A stretch of 64,000 bases of DNA. It comes from Nitriliruptoraceae bacterium. Its GTDB lineage: Bacteria > Actinomycetota > Nitriliruptoria > Nitriliruptorales > Nitriliruptoraceae. The stretch is taken from positions 288-64,287 of the forward strand of contig JBBDSV010000086.1 in assembly GCA_040904785.1 (NCBI GenBank), written 5' to 3'. The position numbers and the translations under genes are program-made. The number at the start of each line of letters is the position of its first letter. Positions within the stretch are counted from its first letter, which is position 1. This document shows, one piece after another, positions 39,015 to 52,516 of this stretch. A model generated the notes under the pieces. That model saw only the letters and a program-made list of their open reading frames with translations, searched no databases and had not been told where the DNA came from.

Positions 39015-40121
39015 TTGTCTGAATCGGCGAACGTCATTCGCCTCAAGACAGAGCTGGCCGCCGCGCCGCCGCCTGCTGCCGAGAGTGGCGACGACGCGGG
39101 CGCGCTCGACGAGCGCAAGTTGACGATCCTGCGCACCATCGTGACCGAGTATGTCGCTGGCGGCGAACCGGTCGGGTCGAAACATGTGGTCGAAGTCGCC
39201 GACCTCGGCGTGTCCGCGGCAACTGTGCGCAACGACATGGCCGCGCTCGAGGAACAGGGCTACATCACCCAGCCGCACACCTCTGCCGGTCGTGTGCCGA
39301 CAGACAAGGGCTACCGGCGATTCGTCGACGACCTCCGCGACAACCCGGCGGCCGACGCGTCCCGCCGAGAGGTCGTCGAAGAGCTGCTGGGCTCTTCGCG
39401 TGACGTCGAAGACCTGCTCGCGCGGACATCGTCGGTCCTCAGCCAGCTCACCCGCCTTGTCTCCCTGGTCATCGCGCCGGCGATCGACGCGTCACGCATC
39501 AAGCTCGCCGAACTGGTAGCGCTTGCCCCCGGCAGCGGCATGCTGCTGCTGGTCTCCGACACCGGGCGCATCGAGAAACGGATGGTCGAACTGCCCGTCG
39601 ATGCCTCCGAAGCCGACTTCGACCGGGTCCGGACGGTGCTCGGCGAGCACGTGTGCGGCCATCGGCTCGGAGACGTCCACGCGCGCCTTGCCCAGCTGCG
39701 CGATGACGCGCCCGGTGAACTGATCGACATGTTCAGTGCACTCGCCGAGGCGACGGAACACGATCTCGCCGACGAGACGCTCCACCACGTCTACGTCGGT
39801 GGCCAAGCGTCGCTTGTCGGTGACGAATCGTTCGAGCGGGAACAGTTGTCGCGGGTGCTTCAGCTGCTGGAGCAGCGCGCAACGCTGGCACGCATGCTGT
39901 CTGACACTGCCGAGGACGACCGGCCGACGGTTCGCATCGGTCAGGAGAACGAAGTCGAAGATCTCCGCGCCGCTTCGCTGGTGGCCCAGCGCTATCGACT
40001 GGTGACCGACGGGTCACTGGGTGTGCTGGGCCCGACCCGAATGGACTATGCCGGAGTGCTCGCGACGGTTCGTGCCGTCGCCGACCAACTCCAGGCGACG
40101 CTCACCGACCTCTCGGAGTGA
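39015..40121 (+). CDS. hrcA: Heat-inducible transcription repressor HrcA
   Basis: LDERKLTILRTIVTEYVAGGEPVGSKHV winged-helix N-terminus and conserved position before dnaJ. TTG 39015 is preceded by GAAAGGAGG. Confidence 0.9.
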   Translation: MSESANVIRLKTELAAAPPPAAESGDDAGALDERKLTILRTIVTEYVAGGEPVGSKHVVEVADLGVSAATVRNDMAALEEQGYITQPHTSAGRVPTDKGYRRFVDDLRDNPAADASRREVVEELLGSSRDVEDLLARTSSVLSQLTRLVSLVIAPAIDASRIKLAELVALAPGSGMLLLVSDTGRIEKRMVELPVDASEADFDRVRTVLGEHVCGHRLGDVHARLAQLRDDAPGELIDMFSALAEATEHDLADETLHHVYVGGQASLVGDESFEREQLSRVLQLLEQRATLARMLSDTAEDDRPTVRIGQENEVEDLRAASLVAQRYRLVTDGSLGVLGPTRMDYAGVLATVRAVADQLQATLTDLSE

Positions 40122-40154
40122 GCGCCGCATCGCGATCGACCCTCTGGATGTGCT

Positions 40155-41276
40155 GTGGCTGACGACCTGTACGACGTGCTCGGCGTGGCGCGTGACGCCT
40201 CGCCTGAGGACATCAAGCGTGCCTACCGCCGCAAGGCCCGACAGGCGCACCCCGATGCCGGCGGTGACGAGGAGCAGTTCAAGCGCATCTCGCACGCACA
40301 CGAGGTGCTGTCGGACCCGCAGCGGCGGGCGCGCTATGACCGATTCGGCGATGACGGCAACGGCAGCGGTGGTGGCGATCCGTTCGGATTCGGCGGTGCA
40401 GGGTTCGGGGGGATCAACGACGTCATCGACGCGTTCTTCGGCTCGGCGTTCGGCGGTGGTGGTGGCGGCGCGACGCGCCGGTCGTCGCAGGGGCGCGACG
40501 TGCTCGTCGGCGTCGAACTGTCGCTCGAAGAGGTGTTGACGGGCGCGCGCCGTGACGTCGAGATCGATGCCGCTGTGTCGTGTGACGTCTGCGGCGGCAG
40601 CGGATCGGCCGACGGTTCCGGCGCCGGTCGGTGCCAGACCTGCGGTGGCGCCGGCCAGGTGCAACGCGTCGTCCGCACCGCATTCGGCCAGATGGCGACG
40701 GCCCGGCCGTGTCCCGGCTGCCAGGGCAGCGGACGTGCCGTCGGTGACCCGTGCGTGCGCTGCGGGGGCGAAGGACGCCGCGCGGAGCATCGGACGGTGA
40801 ACATCGACGTGCCACCCGGTGTCGAACACGGCGACCGACTGCGCATTTCCGGCGGGGGCGAAGCCGGCCGGCACGGCGCCCACGCCGGCGACCTGTATAT
40901 CGAGATTCACGTCTCGCCACACGAGGTCTACGAGCGGGACGGGCGCGACCTTCTGGCCGAAGTCGTTGTTCCGGTCACGCAAGCAGCGCTCGGTGGCACG
41001 CTCTCGGTGCCGGTGCTCGAGGGTGAGGAGCGTGAGGTCACCGTGCCGCCGGGAACGCAACCCGGTGACGTCCTCACCCTGCGCCGGGCAGGACTGCCGG
41101 TCAAGGGCGGTGGTCGACGCGGGGATCTGCGACTGCTGGTTCGTGTCGAGGTACCCACCGACCTCGACGACGCACAGCGGGCGGTGCTCGAGGAACTCGC
41201 CGAGCTGCGCGGCGAATCACGCGCATCGGCCGGATCCGGACTCTTCGCCCGGCTGCGCGACGCGTTCCCGCGGTGA
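40155..41276 (+). CDS. dnaJ: Molecular chaperone DnaJ (type I, zinc-finger CxxCxGxG repeats)
   Basis: DLYDVLGVARDASPEDIKRAYRRKARQAHPD, then a G-rich linker and CDVCGGSG / CQTCGGAG / CPGCQGSG / CVRCGGEG. Confidence 0.95.
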   Translation: MADDLYDVLGVARDASPEDIKRAYRRKARQAHPDAGGDEEQFKRISHAHEVLSDPQRRARYDRFGDDGNGSGGGDPFGFGGAGFGGINDVIDAFFGSAFGGGGGGATRRSSQGRDVLVGVELSLEEVLTGARRDVEIDAAVSCDVCGGSGSADGSGAGRCQTCGGAGQVQRVVRTAFGQMATARPCPGCQGSGRAVGDPCVRCGGEGRRAEHRTVNIDVPPGVEHGDRLRISGGGEAGRHGAHAGDLYIEIHVSPHEVYERDGRDLLAEVVVPVTQAALGGTLSVPVLEGEEREVTVPPGTQPGDVLTLRRAGLPVKGGGRRGDLRLLVRVEVPTDLDDAQRAVLEELAELRGESRASAGSGLFARLRDAFPR

Positions 41277-42025
41277 GTCGGCCCGCACCGTTCCTCGTCG
41301 TCGGTGACCTCTCCGGCGCGTCCGCCGGCGTCCGGTTCACTGTCGAGCCCGACGAACGCCACCACTTGCGGCGGGTGCTGCGTGTCGCTGATGGCGATGC
41401 AGTCGTCGCCACGGACGGCAACGGGCGCAGCGCGTCGGCGGTCGTGCGAGGCGACGATGTCGAACTCGTCGATGACGTCGTCGTGTCCGAGGGTCCTCGG
41501 CCCCGCGTTACGGTCTGGCAGGCCCTGCCCAAGGGCCGCAAAGTCGACGATGTCGCACGCGTCCTGACCGAACTCGCGATTGACGAGCTGGTGATCGTCG
41601 CCGCACACCGCAGCGTCGCCGACCGCACCGACCGCGCCGAACGGATGCAGGCGCGCATCGATGCCGTCGTGCGTGCCGCAGCCCGGCAGTCGCGCAACCC
41701 GAGACTGCCGAGCGTGCGTGGGCCGGCAGCCGTCTCCGACCTGTCATCGTCCGCCGGCGCCTGCGTGCTGATCGCAGACCCGGCGGCGGACACCGCGCTC
41801 GACGCGACCGTCATCGGGCCCGATGCGCGGCCCGAAGATGTCGTCGTCGCGATCGGTCCCGAAGGCGGATGGGACGAGGCCGAACGTGACCATCTGCTGT
41901 CACTCGGCGGGCGCCTCGTGCGTCTCGGTGACACCATCCTCCGCACGGAACATGCGGCAGCGGCCGCCGTTGCCGCCGTGTCGGCGCTCACATACCGCTG
42001 GCAACCCCAACCCGCCGGCACCTGA
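41273..42025 (+). CDS. rsmE: 16S rRNA (uracil1498-N3)-methyltransferase RsmE
   Basis: HHLRRVLRV, VTVWQALPKGRKVD and IGPEGGWDEAE motifs. GTGA overlap with dnaJ. Confidence 0.85.
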   Translation: MSRPAPFLVVGDLSGASAGVRFTVEPDERHHLRRVLRVADGDAVVATDGNGRSASAVVRGDDVELVDDVVVSEGPRPRVTVWQALPKGRKVDDVARVLTELAIDELVIVAAHRSVADRTDRAERMQARIDAVVRAAARQSRNPRLPSVRGPAAVSDLSSSAGACVLIADPAADTALDATVIGPDARPEDVVVAIGPEGGWDEAERDHLLSLGGRLVRLGDTILRTEHAAAAAVAAVSALTYRWQPQPAGT

Positions 42026-42092
42026 CCGTCAGCGGCCCCGGAGCGGTACGCTGGCGGAGATCATCGACCACGCAGAGGAGCGACAGGTCCAG

Positions 42093-43169
42093 GTGGTGAG
42101 TTCTCCGATGTCCCCTGTGGACATCGACGTCTATCCCGATGCCTCGACGGATGTTGCTTCCGGCGTGACTTCGATGACGCTGCACGTTCCCGGCGAGCAC
42201 GCGATGGTGGCGCTGGTGGGCACGAACGACGTCCTCTTGCGTCTCGTCGAGGATGCGTTCGCGGCCGCGATCCACGTGCGCGGCAATCAGATCACGATCT
42301 CGGGCGCCGACAGTGACGAAGTCAATCGCGTCGCCCGGCTCTTCGAGGAGTTGCTCGCACTGCTCGAGCGGGGGCAGCAACTCGATACCAGTGCGGTGAC
42401 CCAGACCATCCGCATGGTGCAGCATGATGCCGTCGAACGGCCGTCCGATGTGCTCTCCGATGCGCTGCTGTCGCACCGTGGCCGCACGATCCGTCCCAAG
42501 ACACTGGGGCAGAAGCAGTATCTCGACGCGATCCGCGCGAGCACGGTCACCTTCGGCATCGGACCGGCCGGAACGGGCAAGACCTATCTTGCGATGGGCG
42601 CCGCCGTGCAGGCGCTTCGGGCCAAGGATGTCCGTCGCCTGATCCTCACCCGCCCGGCCGTCGAAGCCGGCGAGCGACTCGGCTTCCTCCCCGGCACGCT
42701 CCATGAGAAGATCGATCCGTACCTCAAACCCCTGTGGGATGCCCTTCACGACATGATGGACGCCGAGGAACTCATCGCCCACGTCGACCGTGGCACGATT
42801 GAGGTCGCACCGCTGGCGTACATGCGCGGTCGCACACTCAACGATGCGTTCATCGTGCTCGACGAAGCACAGAACACCACGCCCGAACAGATGAAGATGT
42901 TCCTGACCCGGATCGGGTTCAACTCACAGGCGGTCGTGACCGGTGACATCAGCCAGGTCGACCTGCCGTCGGGCAAGCGGTCGGGCCTACGCATCGTGCG
43001 CGACATCCTCATCGACATCGACGGGGTGCAGTTCGTCGAATTGCAGCCGACCGATGTCGTGCGCCACCACATCGTCCAGCGCATCGTCGAGGCCTACGCA
43101 GAGTTCGACGCGCGTGAGGACGCACGTGCTGCGGACGACGCGAGGGCATCCGACGACGGAGGCGCGTGA
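42093..43169 (+). CDS. phoH: PhoH-like ATPase (YbeZ)
   Basis: GIGPAGTGKTYLAMG, LTRPAVEAGERLGFLPG and VLDEAQNTT. The start is ambiguous (GTG 42093 or ATG 42108). Confidence 0.9.
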   Translation: MVSSPMSPVDIDVYPDASTDVASGVTSMTLHVPGEHAMVALVGTNDVLLRLVEDAFAAAIHVRGNQITISGADSDEVNRVARLFEELLALLERGQQLDTSAVTQTIRMVQHDAVERPSDVLSDALLSHRGRTIRPKTLGQKQYLDAIRASTVTFGIGPAGTGKTYLAMGAAVQALRAKDVRRLILTRPAVEAGERLGFLPGTLHEKIDPYLKPLWDALHDMMDAEELIAHVDRGTIEVAPLAYMRGRTLNDAFIVLDEAQNTTPEQMKMFLTRIGFNSQAVVTGDISQVDLPSGKRSGLRIVRDILIDIDGVQFVELQPTDVVRHHIVQRIVEAYAEFDAREDARAADDARASDDGGA

Positions 43170-43616
43170 GTGGCAGTACTCCTCGCGGATGAGCAGGACG
43201 TTTCGGTCGACGATGAGGCGCTGCTCGCACTGGCACGGTTCGTGCTCACGCAACGCCGTGTTCCCGACGACATGGAACTCACCGTCGTGCTCGTCGATGA
43301 ACCCACGATCGCCCAGCTGAACGCGCAGCATCTTGACGGCGACGGCCCGACGGACGTGTTGGCGTTCCCGATTGACGAACCGGGGGAAGTCGTCGGCGAC
43401 GCTCCCGCCATCCTCGGTGACGTCGTGCTGTGTCCGGCCTATATCCGCCGCCAGGCGGAAGACAACGGCACGACCTTCGCACGTGAGCTGTCCATGCTCA
43501 CCGTCCACGGAATCCTCCATCTGCTCGGCATGGATCACGCCGAACCGGACGAGGCCGCTGCGATGTTCGCGCTGACCGACGAGTTGCTGGCCGACTTCCA
43601 GGCCACGAACGCATGA
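43170..43616 (+). CDS. ybeY: rRNA maturation endoribonuclease YbeY
   Basis: HGILHLLGMDH zinc motif. The GTG start directly abuts the phoH stop. Confidence 0.9.
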   Translation: MAVLLADEQDVSVDDEALLALARFVLTQRRVPDDMELTVVLVDEPTIAQLNAQHLDGDGPTDVLAFPIDEPGEVVGDAPAILGDVVLCPAYIRRQAEDNGTTFARELSMLTVHGILHLLGMDHAEPDEAAAMFALTDELLADFQATNA

Positions 43617-43623
43617 CGAAGGA

Positions 43624-44931
43624 ATGGGCATGAACGACGTGGGCGTGTTGGCGGTGGTGATCATCGTCCTGGTCGCCTTGTCGGCGTTTTTGGCCGCAGT
43701 CGAGACCGTCGTCACGCGGGTGCACCTGGTCCGGGCGTTGCGTCTCGATGACGAGCAGCGGCGGGGGTCCGCGTCGTTGCTGTGGTTGATCGAGCATCGG
43801 GTCACGGCGCTCAACGCGCTTCTCGTCGCAACGGTGCTGTCCCGGATTGCCGTGACCGCCGTCGCGATCGCGCTCGCGCTGCGTGTCAACGACGGTGCGC
43901 TCACCATCGGCGCCGCACTGCTGATCGTCGCGGTCGCGAGCCTCGTGCTCGGCGAGGTCGTGCCTCGCACGCTCGCCCTTCGCGCGCTCGAGGCCACGGG
44001 ACTGCGTCTCGCAGCGCCGGCGCGCGTGTTGGTCCGCGTGCTGAGCCCGCTTGCGACCTTCGTCGTGTCGCTCGGTCGTGCGCTGGTGCCGCGCCGCTTG
44101 GATGCTGCGGGACCCTACGTGTCCGACGACGAGGAGCACGAGGCCGAAGTCGACGATGACGAGTCCGACGACGAACTCGAGCCCGAGGAACGGGCCATGA
44201 TCCAGTCCATCTTCGACCTCGCGGACACACGCGTCCGGGAGATCATGACGCCCCGGCCGGACATGGTCACGATTGCCGAGGACGCCCGATTCGACGCCGT
44301 CGTCGATGTCGTCAACGAACGCGGCTATTCGCGACTGCCGGTGCACGCGGCCGATGATCCCGACACGTTCGTCGGCGTCGTCTACGCGAAGGATCTGCTC
44401 GCCCGGGTGACCTCCGGAGATCGTCTCGGCTGGGAGGACCTGGTCCGCCCGGCCACGTTCGTTCCCGAAACGAAGCACGGCGACGATCTGCTTCGCGACC
44501 TGCAGGCATCCGCCGTCCACATGGCGATCGTCGTCGACGAATATGGCGACATCGTCGGACTTGTCACGATCGAAGACATTCTCGAAGAAATTGTGGGAGA
44601 AATCGTCGATGAACACGATCACGAGGAACCGCTCGTCGAGGTGCTCGACGACGGCGAGTTCCGTATCGACGCCCGGCTCGGCGTCGACGACCTCAACGAC
44701 CTGCTCGATGCCGAATTGCCCGAAGAGGGTTGGGACACGCTTGGGGGGCTGGTCTTCGGCACACTCGGCCGTGTGGCGGCCGAGGGCGAGACGATCGAGC
44801 TGAACGGGATCACGCTCACGGTCGAGTCCGTCCAGGGCCGGCGGGTTGGCAAGGTGCGTGTGACCCGCCATGACGACGACGGTGAGGATGCCGATGACAG
44901 CGCGGAGTCAGCGTCGTCACCGACGAGCTGA
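43624..44931 (+). CDS. CNNM/TlyC-family membrane protein (DUF21 + CBS pair + CorC_HlyC)
   Basis: N-terminal DUF21 TM region, a CBS pair ([13 protein letters not shown] ... [27 protein letters not shown]) and a CorC C-terminal domain. Confidence 0.85.
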   Translation: MGMNDVGVLAVVIIVLVALSAFLAAVETVVTRVHLVRALRLDDEQRRGSASLLWLIEHRVTALNALLVATVLSRIAVTAVAIALALRVNDGALTIGAALLIVAVASLVLGEVVPRTLALRALEATGLRLAAPARVLVRVLSPLATFVVSLGRALVPRRLDAAGPYVSDDEEHEAEVDDDESDDELEPEERAMIQSIFDLADTRVREIMTPRPDMVTIAEDARFDAVVDVVNERGYSRLPVHAADDPDTFVGVVYAKDLLARVTSGDRLGWEDLVRPATFVPETKHGDDLLRDLQASAVHMAIVVDEYGDIVGLVTIEDILEEIVGEIVDEHDHEEPLVEVLDDGEFRIDARLGVDDLNDLLDAELPEEGWDTLGGLVFGTLGRVAAEGETIELNGITLTVESVQGRRVGKVRVTRHDDDGEDADDSAESASSPTS

Positions 44932-45041
44932 GGTGCACACTCGGTGGGGCTGATGGTCCCACGGGTCAAGGACCAGTGACACCTCTCGCGGTGTTGGACG
45001 GTCCGTAGGGTCGCTGCAGCGGACATGGAGTTGCAGCGACG

Positions 45042-48658
<3,617 letters not shown>

Positions 48659-48662
<4 letters not shown>

Positions 48663-49810
48663 CCAGCGATCCGCATGCGTCCATCGGGGATGCCGACAGC
48701 GCACCTCCCGGCCCCGGCCGTGTCGTGCTCTCCGGCCCTCGCTCGGCGGCAGGCGTCGATCTGACGGTGAACTATCTCGGCATGTCGCTGGTATCGCCGC
48801 TCATCGCATCGGCCAGTCCGCTCACCGGCGACATCCAGGCGTTGCGGCAACTCGCGGCCGGACGCGTCGGCGCGGTGGTGCTGCCGAGCCTGTTCGAAGA
48901 ACAGATCACGCGGGACGCCGACCAGATGCTCGCTGCTTCGAGCCGCGGCGCCGGCGCTCATGCCGAAGCTCCCAGCGGCTACCTGCCGGCCGCACTCGAC
49001 CGTTACAACACGGGTGCCGTGCGCTATCTGCGTCTGGTCCGCGACGCGCGGCAGGCGGTGACGATTCCTGTGATCGCCAGTCTCAACGGTGTGTCGCCGG
49101 GCGGCTGGGTGCGGTACGCGAAGCTGCTCGCCGACGAGGGGGCGGATGCCATCGAACTGAACGTCTACCGGGTCGCGGCCGACCCGGAGGTGTCGGGGCG
49201 TGCCGTCGAGGACGCCACGCTCGCGCTCGTCTCCAGCGTCGCGGCGAGCGCAGGCGTGCCCATTGCGGTCAAGGTGTCGCCGTTCTATTCGGCATTCGCC
49301 CACTTCGCGCACCGCCTCGTCGACGCCGGTGCGTCCGGACTGGTCGTGTTCAACCGCTTCTATCAGCCCGACATCGATCTCGACACGCTCACCGTGACGC
49401 CGCAGTTGGCGTTGTCGACGTCCGAAGACCTTCGCCTGCCGCTTCGGTGGTGTGCCCTGCTGTTTGGCACGATCGATGCGTCGCTTGCGGCAACCAGTGG
49501 GGTCCACACGGTCGACGACGTCGTCAAGCTGATCCTCGCCGGCGCGGATGCCGTGATGACCACGTCCGCATTGTTGCGGCACGGCCCCGGCCACGCCTCG
49601 GTGCTCGTCGACGGTCTCGAATCGTGGCTCGACGCACACGGCTATGCACGCGTGGCCGATGCTCGTGGTGCGGTCAGTCAGCGCCGCGCCGACGATCCGG
49701 CGGCGTTCGAGCGCGCGAACTATCTCGCCACGATCCTCGCATACTCCGCACGGTCCGGGCACGGCGTGCGCATGGCATCCGGGCCAACCGGTGCGCCACC
49801 GACGGCGTAG
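48659..49810 (+). CDS. Dihydroorotate dehydrogenase-like (TIM-barrel flavoprotein) protein, translationally coupled to PFOR
   Basis: DHOD-family pattern (LVSPLIASASPLTGD..., ELNVY..., VKVSPF..., ATSGVHTVDDVVKLILAGADAVMT). GTG 48659 overlaps the PFOR stop (GTGA). Confidence 0.7.
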
Positions 49811-49854
49811 GCTGGACCGACCGCTGCATCCGTCGAACGTCGAGGAGCCGGGTG

Positions 49855-50301
49855 ATGAAAGCCGAGCGACACGCCCCGGCGGCAACGTACGACGAGGCGG
49901 ACCTGCTGCGCCGGGCGCGTGAAATGCGCAGCCGCGCCTATGTGCCCTACTCGCACTTCCGCGTCGGCGCGGTCGTCATCACGGCTTCGGGGCGCGTGTT
50001 CGAGGGCGTCAACGTCGAGAATGCCTCCTACCGGATGACGACGTGTGCCGAACAGTCCGCGATCGTGTCGATGGTTTCTGCCGGCGTGCGCGACGAGATC
50101 GTCGCGGTCGCCGTCGTCGGCGACGGTAAGGATCCGTGCACGCCGTGTGGCGCGTGCCGGCAGACCATCTTCGAGTTCGGTCCCGATGCCGTCGTGTACG
50201 CATCGGGTGATGGCGGCCGACCGCTGGTGCAGCGCATCGGTCAGCTGCTGCCGCACGGGTTCGGCCCCAAGCGGCTCGCCCAGGGGCAGGTTGACGAGTG
50301 A
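49855..50301 (+). CDS. cdd: Cytidine deaminase
   Basis: VPYSHFRVGAVV, CAEQSAI and CTPCGACRQ zinc motifs. ATG 49855 is 7 nt after GAGGAG. Confidence 0.9.
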   Translation: MKAERHAPAATYDEADLLRRAREMRSRAYVPYSHFRVGAVVITASGRVFEGVNVENASYRMTTCAEQSAIVSMVSAGVRDEIVAVAVVGDGKDPCTPCGACRQTIFEFGPDAVVYASGDGGRPLVQRIGQLLPHGFGPKRLAQGQVDE

Positions 50302-50319
50302 CCGAGCGAAACCCGATCA

Positions 50320-51291
50320 ATGAGTGACGCCGACGGGCGTCGGCTCGATGTTGACGCGATCCTGGAAGGGTTCGCGGACCCGGTTGGCCCCGACCATCGT
50401 GCGGGCATGGTCGCGATCTGCGGACGACCCAACGTCGGCAAGTCGACACTGGTCAACCACCTCGTGGGGGAGAAGATTGCGATCGTCACCGACATCCCCG
50501 GCACGACGCGATCAGCGATCCGTGGGGTCGTGACCCGTGACGATGCGCAGCTGATCCTGCTCGACACGCCAGGACTCGCCAAGCCGCGCACGTTGCTCAC
50601 CCGGCGCCTCAACGACCTCGTGCGCGACACGTGGGCGGGTGTCGACGCTGTGCTGTTCCTGGTGGATGCCGCGGCCGGCATCGGCCGTGGCGACGCGTTC
50701 CTCGCCGCCGAGCTTCGCGCCGTCAACACGCCGGTGATCGCGGTGGCGAACAAGATCGACGAGTTGCGCGACACGTCGGCCTTGCTGCCGATTCTGGCGC
50801 GACTGGCGGAACTGCGGGGGCCCGACGCGCCGTTCACCGAGGTCGTCCCGGTCTCGGCGGCGTCTGGCGACAACGTTGATCGTCTGCTGCAGCTGACGAT
50901 CAACCAGCTGCCGCATGCCGGGCGCCTGTTCCCGGGCGGCCAGGTCACCGACCAGCCGGAACGTGTGCGCGCTGCGGAGATCCTGCGGGAGAAGTTGCTC
51001 GACGGCGCACGTGACGAACTTCCGCACTCGATCGCGGTGACCGTCGATGAGGTCCGCGACGATACGAACCGTGCGGATCTGGTCCATATCGACGCGGTCA
51101 TCCACGTCGAGCGTGACTCGCAGAAGGGCATCGTTATCGGCCAGGGCGGGCAGCGCCTGAAGGCGGCGGCAACGGCCGCCCGTCACGACCTCGAAGTGCT
51201 GTTCGGTCGCAAGGTGTTCCTCACCACGCACGTGCGTGTCGCGAAGGAATGGCAGCGCGACCCCAAGATGTTGGGACGTCTCGGGTACTGA
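50320..51291 (+). CDS. era: GTPase Era
   Basis: ICGRPNVGKSTLVN, DTPG, NKID and a C-terminal KH domain (KGIVIGQGGQRLK). Confidence 0.95.
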   Translation: MSDADGRRLDVDAILEGFADPVGPDHRAGMVAICGRPNVGKSTLVNHLVGEKIAIVTDIPGTTRSAIRGVVTRDDAQLILLDTPGLAKPRTLLTRRLNDLVRDTWAGVDAVLFLVDAAAGIGRGDAFLAAELRAVNTPVIAVANKIDELRDTSALLPILARLAELRGPDAPFTEVVPVSAASGDNVDRLLQLTINQLPHAGRLFPGGQVTDQPERVRAAEILREKLLDGARDELPHSIAVTVDEVRDDTNRADLVHIDAVIHVERDSQKGIVIGQGGQRLKAAATAARHDLEVLFGRKVFLTTHVRVAKEWQRDPKMLGRLGY

Positions 51292-51348
51292 TCGTCGCTC
51301 CCGTGCCGCGACTACTCTCCCGACAACCGGGCTGGGGGCTCATCGGCG

Positions 51349-51702
51349 ATGCGATTCGAACCCGCGCAGATTGAAGCGTTCGCGGCCCGACTTGCCGATG
51401 CCCGCGCCGCGAAGGGGTGGACCCGCCAGCAGGTCGTCGATGCCGTGGACGGGGTGTCTGAGCCCCAGCAGATCTACAACTACGAGCAGGGCCGTCGGGC
51501 TCCCGAGCGTGCGGATGTGGTCATGGCGTTGGAGCGTGCGCTCGACCTGCCCGCGGGCGCCCTGTGTCGCCACCTGGGGTTCGGTCCGGTTGACGAACAG
51601 CTGGCCCCGGCTGAGGTCGCCGATGCCATCGCGGCCGATCCGCGGCTGTCCCTCGACGCCAAGCGGCAGTTGCTCAGTGCGTATCGTCGTCTGACGAGAT
51701 GA
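51349..51702 (+). CDS. XRE-family helix-turn-helix transcriptional regulator
   Basis: LADARAAKGWTRQQVVDAV...QQIYNYEQGRRAP is a typical Cro/C1-type HTH. Confidence 0.7.
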   Translation: MRFEPAQIEAFAARLADARAAKGWTRQQVVDAVDGVSEPQQIYNYEQGRRAPERADVVMALERALDLPAGALCRHLGFGPVDEQLAPAEVADAIAADPRLSLDAKRQLLSAYRRLTR

Positions 51703-51817
51703 TCGGTTCGGCGGCGCCGGCGACAATCCGGAGGAACACCTCGAGCTGGTGCTGGCGCGCGGCGAGATCTTCGACGCGGTCCTCGAGTGATGCGAGTCGT
51801 TCCTCCAGCGAATTCAT
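51674..51817 (-). CDS. Possible 47-aa coiled-coil small protein (low confidence)
   Basis: MNSLEERLASLEDRVEDLAARQHQLEVFLRIV... has a heptad-like pattern and mostly G/C third positions. Its convergent 3' end overlaps the XRE gene by 29 nt. Confidence 0.3.
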   Translation of the reverse strand: MNSLEERLASLEDRVEDLAARQHQLEVFLRIVAGAAEPIISSDDDTH

Positions 51818-52015
51818 GGCTGTCCCCGCTCGGTCGTCCGCGCCCATCCTGCCTCGCGGCGCACGGTGATCGAACACGCGTTCGGTCACGCTGTGGACGT
51901 CATACACGCAGCGTATATGTCGGCGGCGTGGGAAACACGGTGATGCAACGCTGCGGCTGATGGCGACGTCTGATGGATGTGGCGGAACGACCGCCCGGAG
52001 CCAAGGACAACGGCC

Positions 52016-52456
52016 ATGTACGCAACAGCTTCAGCGGTTCGCCAGTGGCGAATCCGGATCGCAGTGCTCGCGGCGACGGCATTGATCGTCGCCGCATGCG
52101 GAACCGACGCCCCGGAGGACGAAGCCGACGGCAGCACGCCGCCGGCGGCAGGCATGTGCGCCGAGGACACGCCGGACTGCGTCGACGTCGTGATCGAGGA
52201 CCCCGTCGAGGGTGCACCTGACGAAGCGGCGGATGTCGCCGCGGCAGAGGAACTGTTGGGGACGCCTGAGGAAGCGCTCGACGCCGATGTGCGGATCGCC
52301 CGCCGTGGCGAGGAACAGTTTGCGCTCACCGAGGACTATGTCATCGGCCGGCAGACGGTCGAACTCGACGAGATCGACGGACAGTTCGTCGTCACGTCGG
52401 TGACGGTCGAACTCACTGACGGCCCGGTGACGGTCACCGACGCCGAGCAGAACTGA
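52016..52456 (+). CDS. Hypothetical acidic lipoprotein
   Basis: MYATASAVRQWRIRIAVLAATALIVAACG (lipobox) followed by an acidic domain. ATG 52016 follows AAGGA. Confidence 0.6.
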   Translation: MYATASAVRQWRIRIAVLAATALIVAACGTDAPEDEADGSTPPAAGMCAEDTPDCVDVVIEDPVEGAPDEAADVAAAEELLGTPEEALDADVRIARRGEEQFALTEDYVIGRQTVELDEIDGQFVVTSVTVELTDGPVTVTDAEQN

Positions 52457-52474
52457 CGCCCGGCGTCGGTGCGA

Positions 52475-52510
52475 GCCGGTGCGGCAGGCGCGTTCGCCCT
52501 CCGCACCGGC
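52475..52510. terminator. Bidirectional terminator-like hairpin between convergent genes (perfect 10-bp stem GCCGGTGCGG/CCGCACCGGC, 16-nt loop)
   Basis: The inverted repeat was read directly. It lies between the lipoprotein stop (52456) and the BCCT stop (52517). Confidence 0.5.
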
Positions 52511-52516
52511 ATCGGG

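Noticed and set aside
51355-51372. GCGATTCGAACCCGCGC looks like the reverse complement of a tRNA T-arm (GGTTCGAATC).
   Set aside because: The flanks do not form the T stem (GCGGG would need CCCGC, not CGCAT). No acceptor, D or anticodon arms can be drawn. The string lies inside the XRE-regulator coding sequence (MRFEPAQ).
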